A stretch of 64,000 bases of DNA, taken from Scenedesmus sp. PABB004 (Eukaryota). The position numbers and the translations under genes were made by a program. The DNA lies in assembly GCA_014905635.1 (NCBI GenBank), contig JABVCE010000022.1, positions 310,001 to 374,000 on the forward strand. The letters run 5' to 3'. Of this stretch, positions 45,983 to 57,760 are shown piece after piece. Every line of letters begins with the position of its first letter. Positions within the stretch are counted from its first letter, which is position 1. Under the pieces are notes generated by a model. It had not been told where the DNA came from. It was given only the letters and a program-made list of their open reading frames with translations, and made no database searches.

Positions 45983-46271
45983 CCGCTCTCCTGGGGCGCT
46001 GGCGTGGCCGCGGCGCGCTGAGCGCAGTTCCCTGCGCCGATCGCGCCGCCAGGCTGCGCGCCGGCGCCAGGCGCGGCGCCGCGCCGCCGCCGCAATCGGG
46101 CGCGGCGATTGCGCCTGCGCGCCGTGTGGCCTGCGCGCGGCGGCCGCCGCCAGGCCTCCGTGGCGCGCGGCGGGGCGCCAGCGCGCCCGCAAGCTCGGTC
46201 ACACGCGTTCCCGCGGGCCCGCGGCCAGCGGTCACGGCAGCGCGGCTGCGAGCGCCGCGGCAAGCTCGCGC
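45983..46271. repeat. Direct repeat copy 2, immediately downstream of the ARH-like stop codon
   Basis: Near-identical to 43854-44142. Confidence 0.95.
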
Positions 46272-46273
46272 GC

Positions 46274-48134
46274 TCACGCCAGCAGCGTCGGCGCCGCCTT
46301 GCACCCGAGCCCCGCCAGCTCCTGCCCCAGCGCTACGACTGTGTGCTTGCTCACGCGCAGCGTCGCCCAGGGCCCGCCCTCCTCGAGTTGCTGCGCCGCC
46401 GCCGCCTCGGCAGCGCCCGCGCCGCCGCCCTGCTGCTGCTGCTCCTCGCCGCCGGTGGGAGCGGCGCCGGCGCCGGCGCCGGCGCCGCGGGCCGCGGCCG
46501 CATCGTCGTCGCCCACGAGCTGCGCCCACCAGTCTGCGGGCAGCCAGTCGCAGCCGTGCAGCGCGCCGGCGAGCGCGCCGACGAGGCCGGCGGTCGTCGC
46601 GGCAAAGCCGCCCAGGCTGGCTGCCAGCATCACCGCCTGCCGCGGGTGCCGCCAGCTCGCCACGACGACCGCGAGCGCGAGCGCGGCCGCCTGGCTGCCC
46701 GTGACGGCGAGGCCCGACTTGGTCAGCCGGTTGGCGGTGCCCACGAGCTGCGCCCAGTCCGGCCCCGCCCAGAAGGCCCGCCAGTCCGTGACCTCGCCCA
46801 GCCCCGCCAGCGCCGGCAGGCGCGCGCGCAGCAGCTCCAGCTTGGCGGCCATGCTCGGGCTGCCGGCGCACACGTCCGCGACGTGGTCCAGCAGCTGCTC
46901 CGGCGTCGCGGTCGCGGCGTCGGCCCTGCGGCGCGGCGCGGCGCGGCGCGGCGCGGCGCGGCGTGGACGGCCGGCCCCGGCGGCGGCGGCGGCGCGGCCC
47001 CGGGCCCGCGCGCGCGTGCGCCCCACCTCAGCAGCCACGCGACCGCCGCGGCGACGGCGAGCGCGCCGGCGCCGCCCTCGTCGCTGGGGTGCGTGAACGC
47101 GACCGCCGCGTCGACCGCGGCCGCGAGCGCGTCGCGCGGCGCGCCCGCGTACGCGATGCCCACCGGCACGCCGCGCAGCGCGGCGGTGAAGTCTTCGGGG
47201 CCGTGGCGCTGGCGGTCGGGGCGGTGCGAGCAGGACTGCGACGCGCGGCTGGGGGTCGTCGCGAGGAGGGCCTCCGCCCGGTGCGCGAGCGTGAACGGGT
47301 TGGCGCCTGCGCGCCGGCGGCGCGGCGGCGGGGCCGGGCGCTCGGCGGGCGCCGGCGGCGCGGCGGCGCGCCCGGCGGGCGCCCCCGCGCCGCGCCCGCG
47401 GCGGCGGCGGGGCAGGGCGCGCACCGCCGGCGAGGGCGTCGAGCGCGAGCTCTGTGTACGGGCTGCAGCGCTGCGCGCCGCCGGGGCTGTAGCTGCTCGC
47501 GAGGCAGTCGGCAATCTCCAGCGCGTCGGCGGCGCGCGCGCGGGCGAGGCCCCAGGCCACCGCGAGCATCGCGACCCAGTCGCCGGTCACGTGCCCCGGC
47601 GGCAGGGGCCCCGGCGGCGCGGCGGCAAGGTCAAAGGTCCAGGCCATGTCGCCGAGGCCGTCCGGGAAGAGGCGGGCGAGGCGGTACGGCTTCTCCGGCT
47701 CCACCTGCGCGCCCAGCGCGTTGCCCGCCATGGAGCCGACCAGCGCGCCGACCGCGCGGCCGGGCGCGCCGGCGAGCGCGAGCGCGGGGTCGGCCACCGC
47801 CGCGGCAGCCGGCGCTGGCGCCGCGGCCGCCCGCGCGGCGGGCGCCGCCCGCCGCCGACGGCCGCCACCGCCGCCAGCCGGTGCGACCGACCGTGGCCCA
47901 GCATCCGGGCGGGGGCACCCGGCCGCGGCGCGCAGCCGGCTGGCGAGCGCCGCCGCTGCTGCTGGAGGCGGCGCGCCGCTGCCGCCGCGCAGGCCTGTGG
48001 CGTCGGTGCGGGCGGCGTCAGTGGGCCCTGCTCTGCCATGCGGAAGCCCCACGGGATCGGCGGGGCCCTGCCGCGCGCGCGGGGAGCCCACCTGCGCGCA
48101 TCGAGGCCCCTGAGGGCGCCCGCAGCGCCTGCAT
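46274..48134 (-). CDS. ADP-ribosylglycohydrolase (ARH/DraG)-fold protein with degenerate metal-binding motifs, transit-like N-terminus, 4 exons
   Basis: GALVGSMAGNALGAQVE, VTGDW, AALRGVPVG, FTHPS and GGFAATTAGLVGALAGALHGCDWLPADW follow ARH motif order. Start MQALRAP at 48134 is inferred. Confidence 0.85.
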
Positions 48135-48689
48135 TGCTGCCCGCTTGCGCCCGCAGTCGTCACCGATGCGCGGTGGGAGAGCGCGGGCGGCGCAGTGACG
48201 CGAGAGGGCGCCCGGTGCTGCGTGTCTGCTGCTTGCTGCTGCTGCCGGCGCGGCGGCTGTCGGCGACGCGGCGCGCTCTAAATCACACGAGGGCAGGCCA
48301 GGGAGGGGTGAGACGGGCGGGGGGCGTGCTCAGGGCGATCCCAGCAGCGAACGCCGGGCCTGCGGCGGGGCTGAACCGCGGTGGCGCTGAAGATAGACTT
48401 GTTGCCTGTACACCGCCGCCCTGCAACCAGAGACAACTGAGCCCCCAAGTACCCCCACAACACCTCCCAACGCCTCCCGTCGGCAGCATCGCAGGGCAGG
48501 TCAGCAGTGAGGCAGTGTCGCCGGTGGTCAGGCTGGGCCGCCGCGCCGTGCGGCTGCCGGCCTGCCCAGCTCCCGCTCCCGCTGCTGCTGCTGCTGCTGC
48601 TGCTGCAGCTGCTGCAGCTGCTGCTGGGCACCCTGAACGCGAACGCTCATGCCCTCCCCGTCGGCACACACGTGACGCGCACGCGCGCA

Positions 48690-48692
<3 letters not shown>

Positions 48693-48727
<35 letters not shown>

Positions 48728-48736
48728 CACACACAC
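48693..48736. repeat. (CA)n microsatellite
   Basis: About 20 near-perfect CA units, intergenic. Confidence 0.9.
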
Positions 48737-49370
48737 TGTCGTGGCCACGCCGCCGCGGCCCGCGCCGCCGGCCGCGCACAGCGCCGAGCACCCCACGGCC
48801 CGCTCGCCGCCGCGCCCTCGTGCAAACGCCCAGCAGCAGCAGCAGCAACGCGCGGCAGCCGGGCAGGCCTGCAGCCCGCCGGCGCGTGCGGCGTCACGGG
48901 CGCTCGCTGGCGTCACGTCAGGGGTGGGTTCGCACAACAGAGAGATGATGGCGCGCCGCGAATTGCCCGCGCGTGGGCGCCCCGCCGATCCGATCCGCCC
49001 GCCAGCTCTCCTCCCAGGTTGGCTGCGCGCCGCCGCTGCCGGGGCCGCGCCTGCCTGGCGGCAGGGGGCTGTAGCCGTTGGCCGCGGCTCATATGGTGGT
49101 GATTTGGTCGACTCGGGCCGAGGCCTACGCTACGGTCAGCGCTCGCCCCCCCACCGCCTTCCTGCACACCATTCACGCGCGCGCCGCGGGAGGGTTGGGT
49201 GCCGCTGTGTGTGCCTGCTGCTGCGATACAGAGTCGTGCGAAGAGGGTTTGGCGCGACGCCCGCACACCCGCAAAAGTGCGCTGAGAGTGAGCCAGCGGC
49301 AACCAAAAATCAGGGGCGAGCAGCAGGGCAGGGCGGCGGGCGCGCAGACAGCTGTGCACACGGGTGAGGG

Positions 49371-49676
49371 TCACGCAGCCGCCTCCACCGCCGCTGCGGG
49401 CTCCGGCGCTTCGGCCGACGCAGGCTCCGTCGGCGCGGCGGGCTCTGCTGCGGCTGCAGCGGGCTCGGCCGCGGCGGGCTCGGCCGGCGCGGGCTCCTCC
49501 ACCCTTGCAGGCTCCGCCGGCGGTGGCGCACTGGGCGCAGGCTCCGTCGGCGCAGGCTCCGTCGGCGCTGGCTCCGTCGGCGCCAGCGACGCAGCAGGCG
49601 CTGGCGCCGCAGCGGGCGCAGTCTCCGTCGGTGCAGGCTCTGCCGGCGCCGGCGCCGCGGCGGGCGCTGGCGGCGC

Positions 49677-49716
<40 letters not shown>

Positions 49717-50234
49717 TGCTGCGGGTGCTCCGGAATGCCTGCCATCAGCGCTGCCTGGAGCTGCAGCTGCTGGTGCTGCGCGAGCCCGTGGCCGAAGCTG
49801 GCGGGCGCGGGCGCCATGCTGCCAGCCAGCGCAGCGGCGACCGCGGCAGACGCCGCGTCGGCGCTGCTGCTGGCGGGCCCGCTGCGGCCGCCTCCGCCGC
49901 CGCTGCTGGCGCGGCGCGCGGGCATGGCCTGCTGGCCGATGCCGCCGCCGCCGCTCCCGCGCGGGCCGCCCAGGTGCGCCTGGCCGCCGCCCCAGTGGCC
50001 GCCCTGGTGCTCCATGCTGCTTCGCCGGCCGGCGTTGGACGCCGCGAGCGCCGCCTCCACCGCCTGCGCGCCCGCGCTCATGTGCTGGCCCAGCTGCTGC
50101 GCGCTGCCGCCGCTGGCGCTGCCGCCGCCGCCGGTGCTGCCGGCGCTGAGGCGCTTCTGGGCCACCTCCTGCGCCGCGACCAGCGAGCCCCAGGTGTCGA
50201 CGCGCGTCGGCACTGCGCCGGAGCGGCTGGCCAG

Positions 50235-50329
<95 letters not shown>

Positions 50330-51959
50330 CGCCGCGGCCCTCGCCGTGCGCGTGCTGGTGGTTGCCGCCGCCGCCGCCACCGCCGCCGCCGTTGGCGCCG
50401 CCGTGCTGGTGCTGCTGGTGCTGCTGCTGGTGCTGCTGGTGGTGCTGCTGCTGCTGGTGCTGCGCCGCCTGCTGCGGCGCCATCGCCAGCGGCATCATGT
50501 GCTGCGGCGCGACCATCACGCCGCCCTGCGTCATGTAGGGCGCCATGCCGGCCATGCCCTGCACGCCGGGCATCTGCATCTGCATCATGTGCTGCGGCAC
50601 CGCCATCTGCATGCCCGCCGGCACCGCGAGCATCTGGCCCTGCCCGCCGCTGACCGGGAGCTGGATCATCATCGGCGCCATGCCCCCGCCGGGCATGAGC
50701 GCGGGCACGAGCTGCCCCATGTGCCCGCCCGCCGCCGCGACCGCGGCCGCCTGCTGCACGAGCAGCTCGTTGCTCGTCGTCGCGAGCAGCGCCTGCAGCG
50801 GCTGGAACGCGCCCGGCGGCGGCGGCGGCGGCTGCCCGCCGCCGCCCGCGCGGTGCGTCGCGCAGACCGCCGCGCCGGGCGGCAGCCGGCCCTCGCGCAG
50901 CATCGCCAGCATCTCGGCCGGCTCGTACGGCCCCTGCGCCTTGGCGCTGCCGTGCTCGCCCGCGAGGACGTACCACACCGGCGCCATGTGCGGCGGCGTA
51001 TTGCCCGCGGTGAATAGCTGCGCCGCGACCGCGAGCGGGTCGAGCGGCGGGCCGCCGCCGAGCACGCCCCCGAGGCCGGCGCCGCCGGGCAGCGCGTGCA
51101 TCGCGCCCGCCGGCAGCGCGACGTAGCCGCCGCCGGGCGCGGCGATGAACTGGGGCGCCATGGCCATGCCGCCCTGCATGCCCCCCGCCATGCCCTGGCC
51201 GCCGCGGGCCTTGGAGGGGCTCGGCGGCATCATGCCGCCGCCGCCGCCGGCGCCGCCACGCGGCCCGCCGCCCTGCATGCCGCCACGCTGCTGCTGCTGC
51301 TGGCCCTGCTGCCGCTGGCCCTGCTGCTGGCCCTGCTGCTGCTGGCCCTGCTGCTGGCCCTGCTGCTGCTGCTGCTGCTGCGGCGGCGGCGGCTTGGCGC
51401 CGCCGTGCTGCTCGCCGCCGTCCATGCTGTGCCGCGCGCCGTCGGCGCCCATCGGCGACGCCGACGCCGCGCGCGCGGCGGTCGCCGCCTGCGCCGCGGT
51501 GTGCTGCTGCATCACCGCCGACGTCACCACCTGCCCCAGCGGCGCCACGCTGCCGCTCGCCATGTGCCGCACCTGCGCCGGCTGCCCCGGGCCGCCCGCC
51601 TGCACCGAGTCGCGGCTGGAGCAGGGCACGAGCGCGTAGCCCGCAGCCGCCGCCTCCAGCAGCGCGCCGAGCGGCGCAAACGCGCGCGCCACGGGCATGT
51701 GGTTTGAGCTGCCGGCCATGGCCGCCACGGGCGTGGCGTCGGTGAAGCGCAGCTGGCCGCTGGGCTGCAGGTACGCCTGGTACATCTGAAGGCCGGTGAA
51801 GGGCCCCGCAAACGCACGCTCGCTGCGCTGCACCCACCAGCGCACCTGCGCGGCGGTGGCCGCCGCCTGGTCCTGCAGGAACAGCAGCGCCGCGGCCTGC
51901 ATCAGCGCCGGCGTGTGCGCCAGGCCCTGGCCCTGCGCGCCGCTGCCCGCGTCGCCGCG

Positions 51960-51993
<34 letters not shown>

Positions 51994-52017
51994 TCGGCCG
52001 CCGCGCCGTTGCCGGCG

Positions 52018-52051
<34 letters not shown>

Positions 52052-54131
52052 CGTAGCCGCTGTGCTGCTGCTGCCCGCCGCCGCGGCCCTTGCCGCCGCC
52101 GGGCTCGCCGCCCGCGACCGCGCCGCTGCCGCTGCTGCTGGTGCGCGGCAGCGCGCCGTTGGCCGCGCCGTCGCCGCCGCCGCCGGGCGCCGCGTAGCCT
52201 GGCAGCTGGTACCCCAGCACGGGCTGGCCGCCCGCCTGCATCGCGGCGTACACGCCAGCGACGCCCTGGCCCGGCACGGCCTGCTGCTTGAACCACATCG
52301 CCTGCGGCATCCCCTGCATCGCGTAGCCCGCCGGCGGCGTGCCGGCCATGGCGAGGCCCTGCATCTGCAGCTGCTGCATCTGCTGCTGCGCCGCCGCGAC
52401 CTGCTGCTGGCGCATGCCCGCCAGGCCGCCCATCTGCCCCGCCGCGGCGAGCATGGCCGCCTGCGCCGCGGCCGCCTGGCCCGCGCCGCCCTGCTGCGGC
52501 TGGCCCTGCGCCGCCGCGGCCGCCGCCATGCCCTGCATGGTGTTGGCCGCCATCAGGATGCCGCGCGACGCGCTGCCACCGGCGCTGCCGGCGCCGCCGG
52601 CGCCGCGGCCGCCGCCGGCATAGCCCGCCTTGGCGCCGCCGCCGAGGGCGGAGCCCGGGCTCGCGCCGCCGGGGCCGCGGCCGGCGCCGCCGCGGCCGCC
52701 CAGCGCGGCGTCGCCGGCCGCCGCGGCCGCCAGCGCGAGCGGGTCCACGTCCTGCCCGCCCGCCGCCTGGCGCGCCGCGGCGCGCAGCGCCATGGGGTGC
52801 TGGAAGGCGGCGCGCGGCTTCTGCGCGCCGCCGCCGCCGCCGGCGTCCAGGCCCGCCACGGCGGCGGCCGCCGCCGCGCCGGCGGGGCCCACGAGGCCGG
52901 GGCCGCTGCGCGGGCGCTGCGCGGGCGGCGCGGGCGCGCCGCCCTTGCCCACCGAGCCGGCGCGCGGCGCGCCGAGGGCGCCGCCGCCCGGCGGCCCGCC
53001 CGGCGGCGCCGCCTTGGCCTTGGCCTTCTTGCCCGCGGCGCCCGCCGCGCCGCCGCCCTGCGGCGGCGCCGCGCCGGGCTCGTTCCAGTTGGGCTTGGGC
53101 AGGCCGCGCTGGAGGTCGTGCTTGTTGACCGCGTCGTACGTGAGCCCCGCCGCAATCGCGGGCAGCAGCTGGCCGAGCGGCTTGAAGAACTTTGCGCCCG
53201 GCAGGCGCTGCGCGTTGTAGTCGCTTGCGATGATGCCGCAGAGCTGCAGGTCGCCCGGCGACGCGGCGGTGCTGGCGGCCTGCTGCTTGTTGATGCCCTT
53301 GGGCGGGCGGCCGCCGAGCAGCCAGTCGGTCATCTGGTCGGACGAAAACGGCCCGCAGCGGTCGCCGCTGCCCAGGATGACGCGCCACTTGAGGTCGGCG
53401 TCCTTGCCGGCAAAGCCGTCGCGCCCGAGCAGCTTGCTCAGCGCGGCCGCCCACTCCTCGCTGCCAGGGGCGATGTCGGGCATCGGCCCGCTGCCGCCGC
53501 CGCCGGCGGCCGCCGCGGCCGCGGCCGCCGCCGCCATCGCCGCCATGTGCGCCTCGTGCAGCGACGAGTTGCCGCTGCCGGCGCTGCCCGCGCGCGGCGC
53601 CGGCTGCGGCGCGGCGCGCGCGGCCGCGGCTGCGGCGCTGCTGCCCGCGCCCGCGCGCGCCGCCGCTGCTGCGGCCGCGGCGGCCGCCGCGGCCGCCGCG
53701 CCGCGCTGGTCCATCACGTGCGCGGCGTCGAGCGCGCCCGGCACGGGGCGGCCGCCCTTGGCGGCGCCGGCGGCGCTCTGCGGCGTCGCGGGGCCCTCGT
53801 CTGGGCCGCCCCTGCCGAGGCGCAGCGGCGTGTAGCCGATGCCCGCCTCAGCGTTGTCCATGAGCTTCTGCAGCGGCTGGAACGCCGGCAGCGTGGGCGA
53901 GGGCGTGCCGGGGTCGGCGGGGTGCACGCCGGCGCACTTGAGGTCCACCGGCAGCTGGGCGTCGGCCCACCAGCGGCACATCGTGCTGGCGTCGAACGGG
54001 CCCTGCAGCTCGCCCTTGAGGTCGACATAGTACCAGCGCGGCCAGTCCGTGACGGACGGCAGGCCCGCCGTGAACAGGCGCACGTGGGCCTGGCCCGACG
54101 GGCCCGCAGGCGCGGGCGGGGCGCTCGCCAT
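49371..54131 (-). CDS. Intronless ~1586-aa protein with four GYF-like domains and Q/G/M-rich linkers
   Basis: WYYVDLKGELQGPFDASTMCRWW, WRVILGSGDRCGPFSSDQMTDWL, WWVQRSERAFAGPFTGLQMYQAY and WYVLAGEHGSAKAQGPYEPAEMLAML. QQQG repeats and a C-terminal (PT)EPA repeat. Confidence 0.85.
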
Positions 54132-54729
54132 GGCGCCGCTCGCTGCGGCCTCGCTCCTGCGCGGCGGGGCAACAGATCTAAGCGCGCGCCCGCGCACGAG
54201 GCGCGCCGGGACCCCCACCGCGCCCACCCGCCCACCACACCGCCCAGCAGCGCCCGAGCGCGCGCGGGGGCCCAACCTGTCTGCTGAGTGCTACCCCTCA
54301 GGCGGCGCCTGCTGCGGCGCGGGCCATAGAGCGTGGGAGAACGTGCCGTGCGTGTCGCTGCCGTCGAGACCGCGCTGCGGCGGCGGGTCGAGGCCTGCCG
54401 TCGCGCCGCTGCGCCCGGGCCTGATGATGCGGTGTGTCTGGGCCGGCTGGCGCCGCAGGGCGACCAGCGGTGCGCGCCGAAACGTGGTGGGGCGGGCTTT
54501 GTCCGGCGGGGCGGTCAGGGGCGAGCCCGAGGCGCTGGCCCACGCGGCCTTGAGCCCGAGCACACCCGCCGGTGAGCACTCCCCCAGCGGCGCGCCCTCT
54601 CCGCGTGCACTCCGCGAGTGCGCCTCGAACGCCGCGCCGCAGCGCCGCCTCGGCACCGGGAGCAGCTGCAGCGCGTGCTGCTCAGCCGCGCCCGGCGCCA
54701 GGCGGGGCGGCGCCCGGCCGGGGCCCGCC

Positions 54730-56465
54730 ATGCTCTCCCGGGCGGCCGCGCGGCTCGGGGCGGCTGCAGCCGCGCAGCGGGGCGGGGCCGCCCTCGATCG
54801 CCTGGCAGCGGCCGGCGGCGCCGCTGCCGCGGCGGCGCCCGGCGGCGCGTCCGCCGTGGGGGCCGCCCCGGCGTGGCCCGGTGGCGCCCGGGACCGCACC
54901 TGGGACGCCAGCACCAGCGCGGCGCCACCGCCCGGCGCGGGCGCCGGCGGCGGCGCGTGGTGGCAGGCGCAGCAGCGCCGCGCGCTCGCGTGGCAGCGCA
55001 GCGCCACGGCCGCCAACCCGACGCTGCCGCCGGCGCTCGGGCAGCTCATCGCCGCGGCGGCCGCCGACCGCGCGGCGCGGCCGCCGCCGCCGGCGCTCGA
55101 GGCGCGGCCGCTGCGCTTTGAGTCGCGCCGGTCGGGCGTGATCACGATCAAGGCCGGCATGATGCAGGACTGGGATGAGTATGGCGCACGCGTGCCGCTC
55201 ACGGTGCTCTGGATCGACGAGTGCATGGTGCGCGGCGGGCGTGGGCGCGCGGGGGGCTCGCCGGCGGGGCGAGCTGGGGCGTGGGGGCGCGCGACTGCGC
55301 CGCCTGCCGACACACCGCGCGCGCGCCGCCGCGCGCCGCGCGCGCTCAGGTGGTGCGATACAAGCACGCGGCGCGCGACGGCGTGACGTCGCTCGTGCTG
55401 GGCGCGGGGGCGAAGCGCCCGAAGCAGCTGCACCCGCGCCAGCTCGGCGAGTACGCGGCGGCAGGGGTGCCGCCGAAGCGCAAGCTCTGGGAGTGCCGCG
55501 TGAGCGAGGACGCGGCGCTGCCGCCGGGCACGCTGCTCGGCGCGGCGCACTTTGTGCCGGGGCAGCTGCTCGACGTGAGCGGCGTGACCAAGGGCAAGGG
55601 CTTTGCGGGCGTGATGAAGCGCTGGGGCTTTGCCGGCCAGGGCGCGAGCCACGGCAACACGAAGCACCACCGCGCGCCGGGGTCCATCGGCGGCCGCACC
55701 GACCCGGGCAAGGTCTGGAAAGGCAAGAAGATGCCCGGACACCTCGGCGTGGAGCGGGTGACGTTCAAAAACCTGTGGCTCCACAAGGTGCGGCGGCGCT
55801 GGCCGGGGTGTGGGCGCGTGTCGGCGCGTGGGCGTGTGCGCGCGCGCGTGTGGGTGGGTGGGTGGGTGGGTGAGGGGCAGGCGTTTTGAGGTGCAGGCGG
55901 GCGCGGCAAGGCCGGCGCGGGCCGCCGCGCTGACGCGCCGCCGCACTGCCGCGCGCCGCCGCGCCCAGGTCGACCCCGCGCGCAACCTGCTGTACGTCCG
56001 CGGCCAGGTGCCGGGCCCGGCCGGCAGCCACGTCTTCGTCCGCGACGCCTGCCGGTGCGCGGCGCGGCGCGGCGCCGCCCGGCTCGCACGCGCGCGCGCG
56101 CGCGGCGCGGCGCGGCGAGGCGGGGCCGGGCACCGACGCGTGCCCTGCCCCGGCCGCGCAGGTGGAAGTGGGCGGCGCGGCAGGCGGCGGGGCTGCCCTT
56201 CCCGACCTTCCTCGGCGCGGAGCTGCCCGAGCCCGCGACGGCGCCGAGCGACCGGCCAGACCCCTACCGGGTGCGCCCCGGCCGCGCGCGCCGCGGCGCG
56301 GCGCCGCCGCGGGGCCTTCCAGCAGCCCGCGGCCGGCGCGCGCCGGCAGCCGCGACCCACGTGCGCCGCGCCCTGCCCGCGTTGCGCTGCGCCCTTGAAC
56401 CCTAAACCCCGCAGGTGTACCGCGAGGACATTGGCTACTTTGAGGCCAACTGGAAGGGCGACTGA
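54730..56465 (+). CDS. MRPL3: Mitochondrial ribosomal protein uL3m, 5 exons
   Basis: [74 protein letters not shown] and [12 protein letters not shown]-terminal presequence MLSRAAARL. Confidence 0.95.
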
Positions 56466-56749
56466 GGCCGCGGCTGCGGCGCAACGGCCGAGCCTGCGCG
56501 GCGGGCTCGCGCAGGCCCGCGGGGGCGGCGGCGGCCGTCGGCGCCGGCGCTGCGCGCGCAGGCCGTGGCTGTGTTGCGCGCGTGCTCTGCTGGAATGCAG
56601 GGCGCGGACGGCGTGCGCACACTGGTGAGCCGCCTGGCACGCGCGGCGGCGACCGCGGTCAACCGGCTGTTAACGCGGCCCCCCCCCGCGTGCGACCAGC
56701 AACTTCCCACCGCCTGCGCGCGCGGCCCCCCGAGCCGCCAGCCCGCGCG

Positions 56750-57725
56750 TCACGGCTCTGCCGCGTCGCCGCCCGACTCGGCGCCGCCGGCGGGCAGGCT
56801 GGTGAGGGTGTAGTGCAGCTGGTATCGGATGACCCGCCCCGCGGCGTGCTGCGCCTGCGCACCACGCGCGCGGGTGCGGCGGGGCCCGGCGTCACAGGTG
56901 GGTGGCCTGGCTCCGCGCCAGGCGCTGCGCGGCGCCCGGCGCTGCGCCGCGCGCCTTGTAGCACGGCGGCACGGCGCGCGCGTCGTCGTCGGGCCCTGCG
57001 CCGGCGCGGGCGTCGGCGAGGCGGTCGAACTCGTCCAGGTCAGAGTCGGCGCCGCCCGACGAGGCCGCGGCCGCGCTGGACGCCGCGCCCACGCTGCCCG
57101 CGCGCCCGCGGCCGCGCGGCGCCGGCGCAGCCGCGGCGCCCAGCGCGGCGGCGGTGACGGGCACCGCGCCGGCGCCGCCGCGCGGCGCGGCGTCGCGCGC
57201 GGCGGCGCTCTCCAGCGTGAGCGCCGACAGGTGGCTGCCCAGGCTGCTGGCCAGCCTGGCGGCGGCCTGCGGGCGCGATGGCGGCAAAGGCGGTGAGGGG
57301 GCCCCCGACGCGCGGGGCCCCGCCGCGCCCGCCGCTCAGCCCCCGCGTTCGCGCGCGCGGGGGACTGAGAGCCATGCCAGCCCACCCGGCCGCCCTTCGC
57401 CGCGCGCGGGTCGGCATAGAGCAGCGCGTCGTGCAGCGCCGCCCACGCGCGCGGCAGGCGCATCGGCCCGAGGCGGCGCAGGTCGAGCTCCAGCGCGGGC
57501 GGCGGCGCGTGCGCGGCGCCATCGTAGACCACCCCCTCCAGGCCCTGCGCCGCGGCGCCAGACGATACATCGTCAATTGCTATATAGCAATTGAAGGCGC
57601 CGGCGCCGGCGCCGGCGGCGGCTGGGCGCGCGCGCGGCGCGCCGCGCCACGCCGCCCACCAGCTTGGGGCAGCTCACGGCGACGGCCGTCGCCCAGCTGC
57701 CGGCGAGCGTGCCCAGCAGCTGCGG

Positions 57726-57760
<35 letters not shown>

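Noticed and set aside
45983..46231. SECIS element making the ARH-like gene a selenoprotein
   Set aside because: No clear RUGA/GA quartet with an apical AA was found by eye, and the same sequence also follows the thioesterase, which has no candidate Sec codon.
50230..50330. Regular 12-bp repeat array (CTGCTGGCCCTG) resembling a CRISPR or satellite
   Set aside because: It has no unique spacers and simply encodes QQQG repeats in the GYF protein; the context is eukaryotic with no cas genes.
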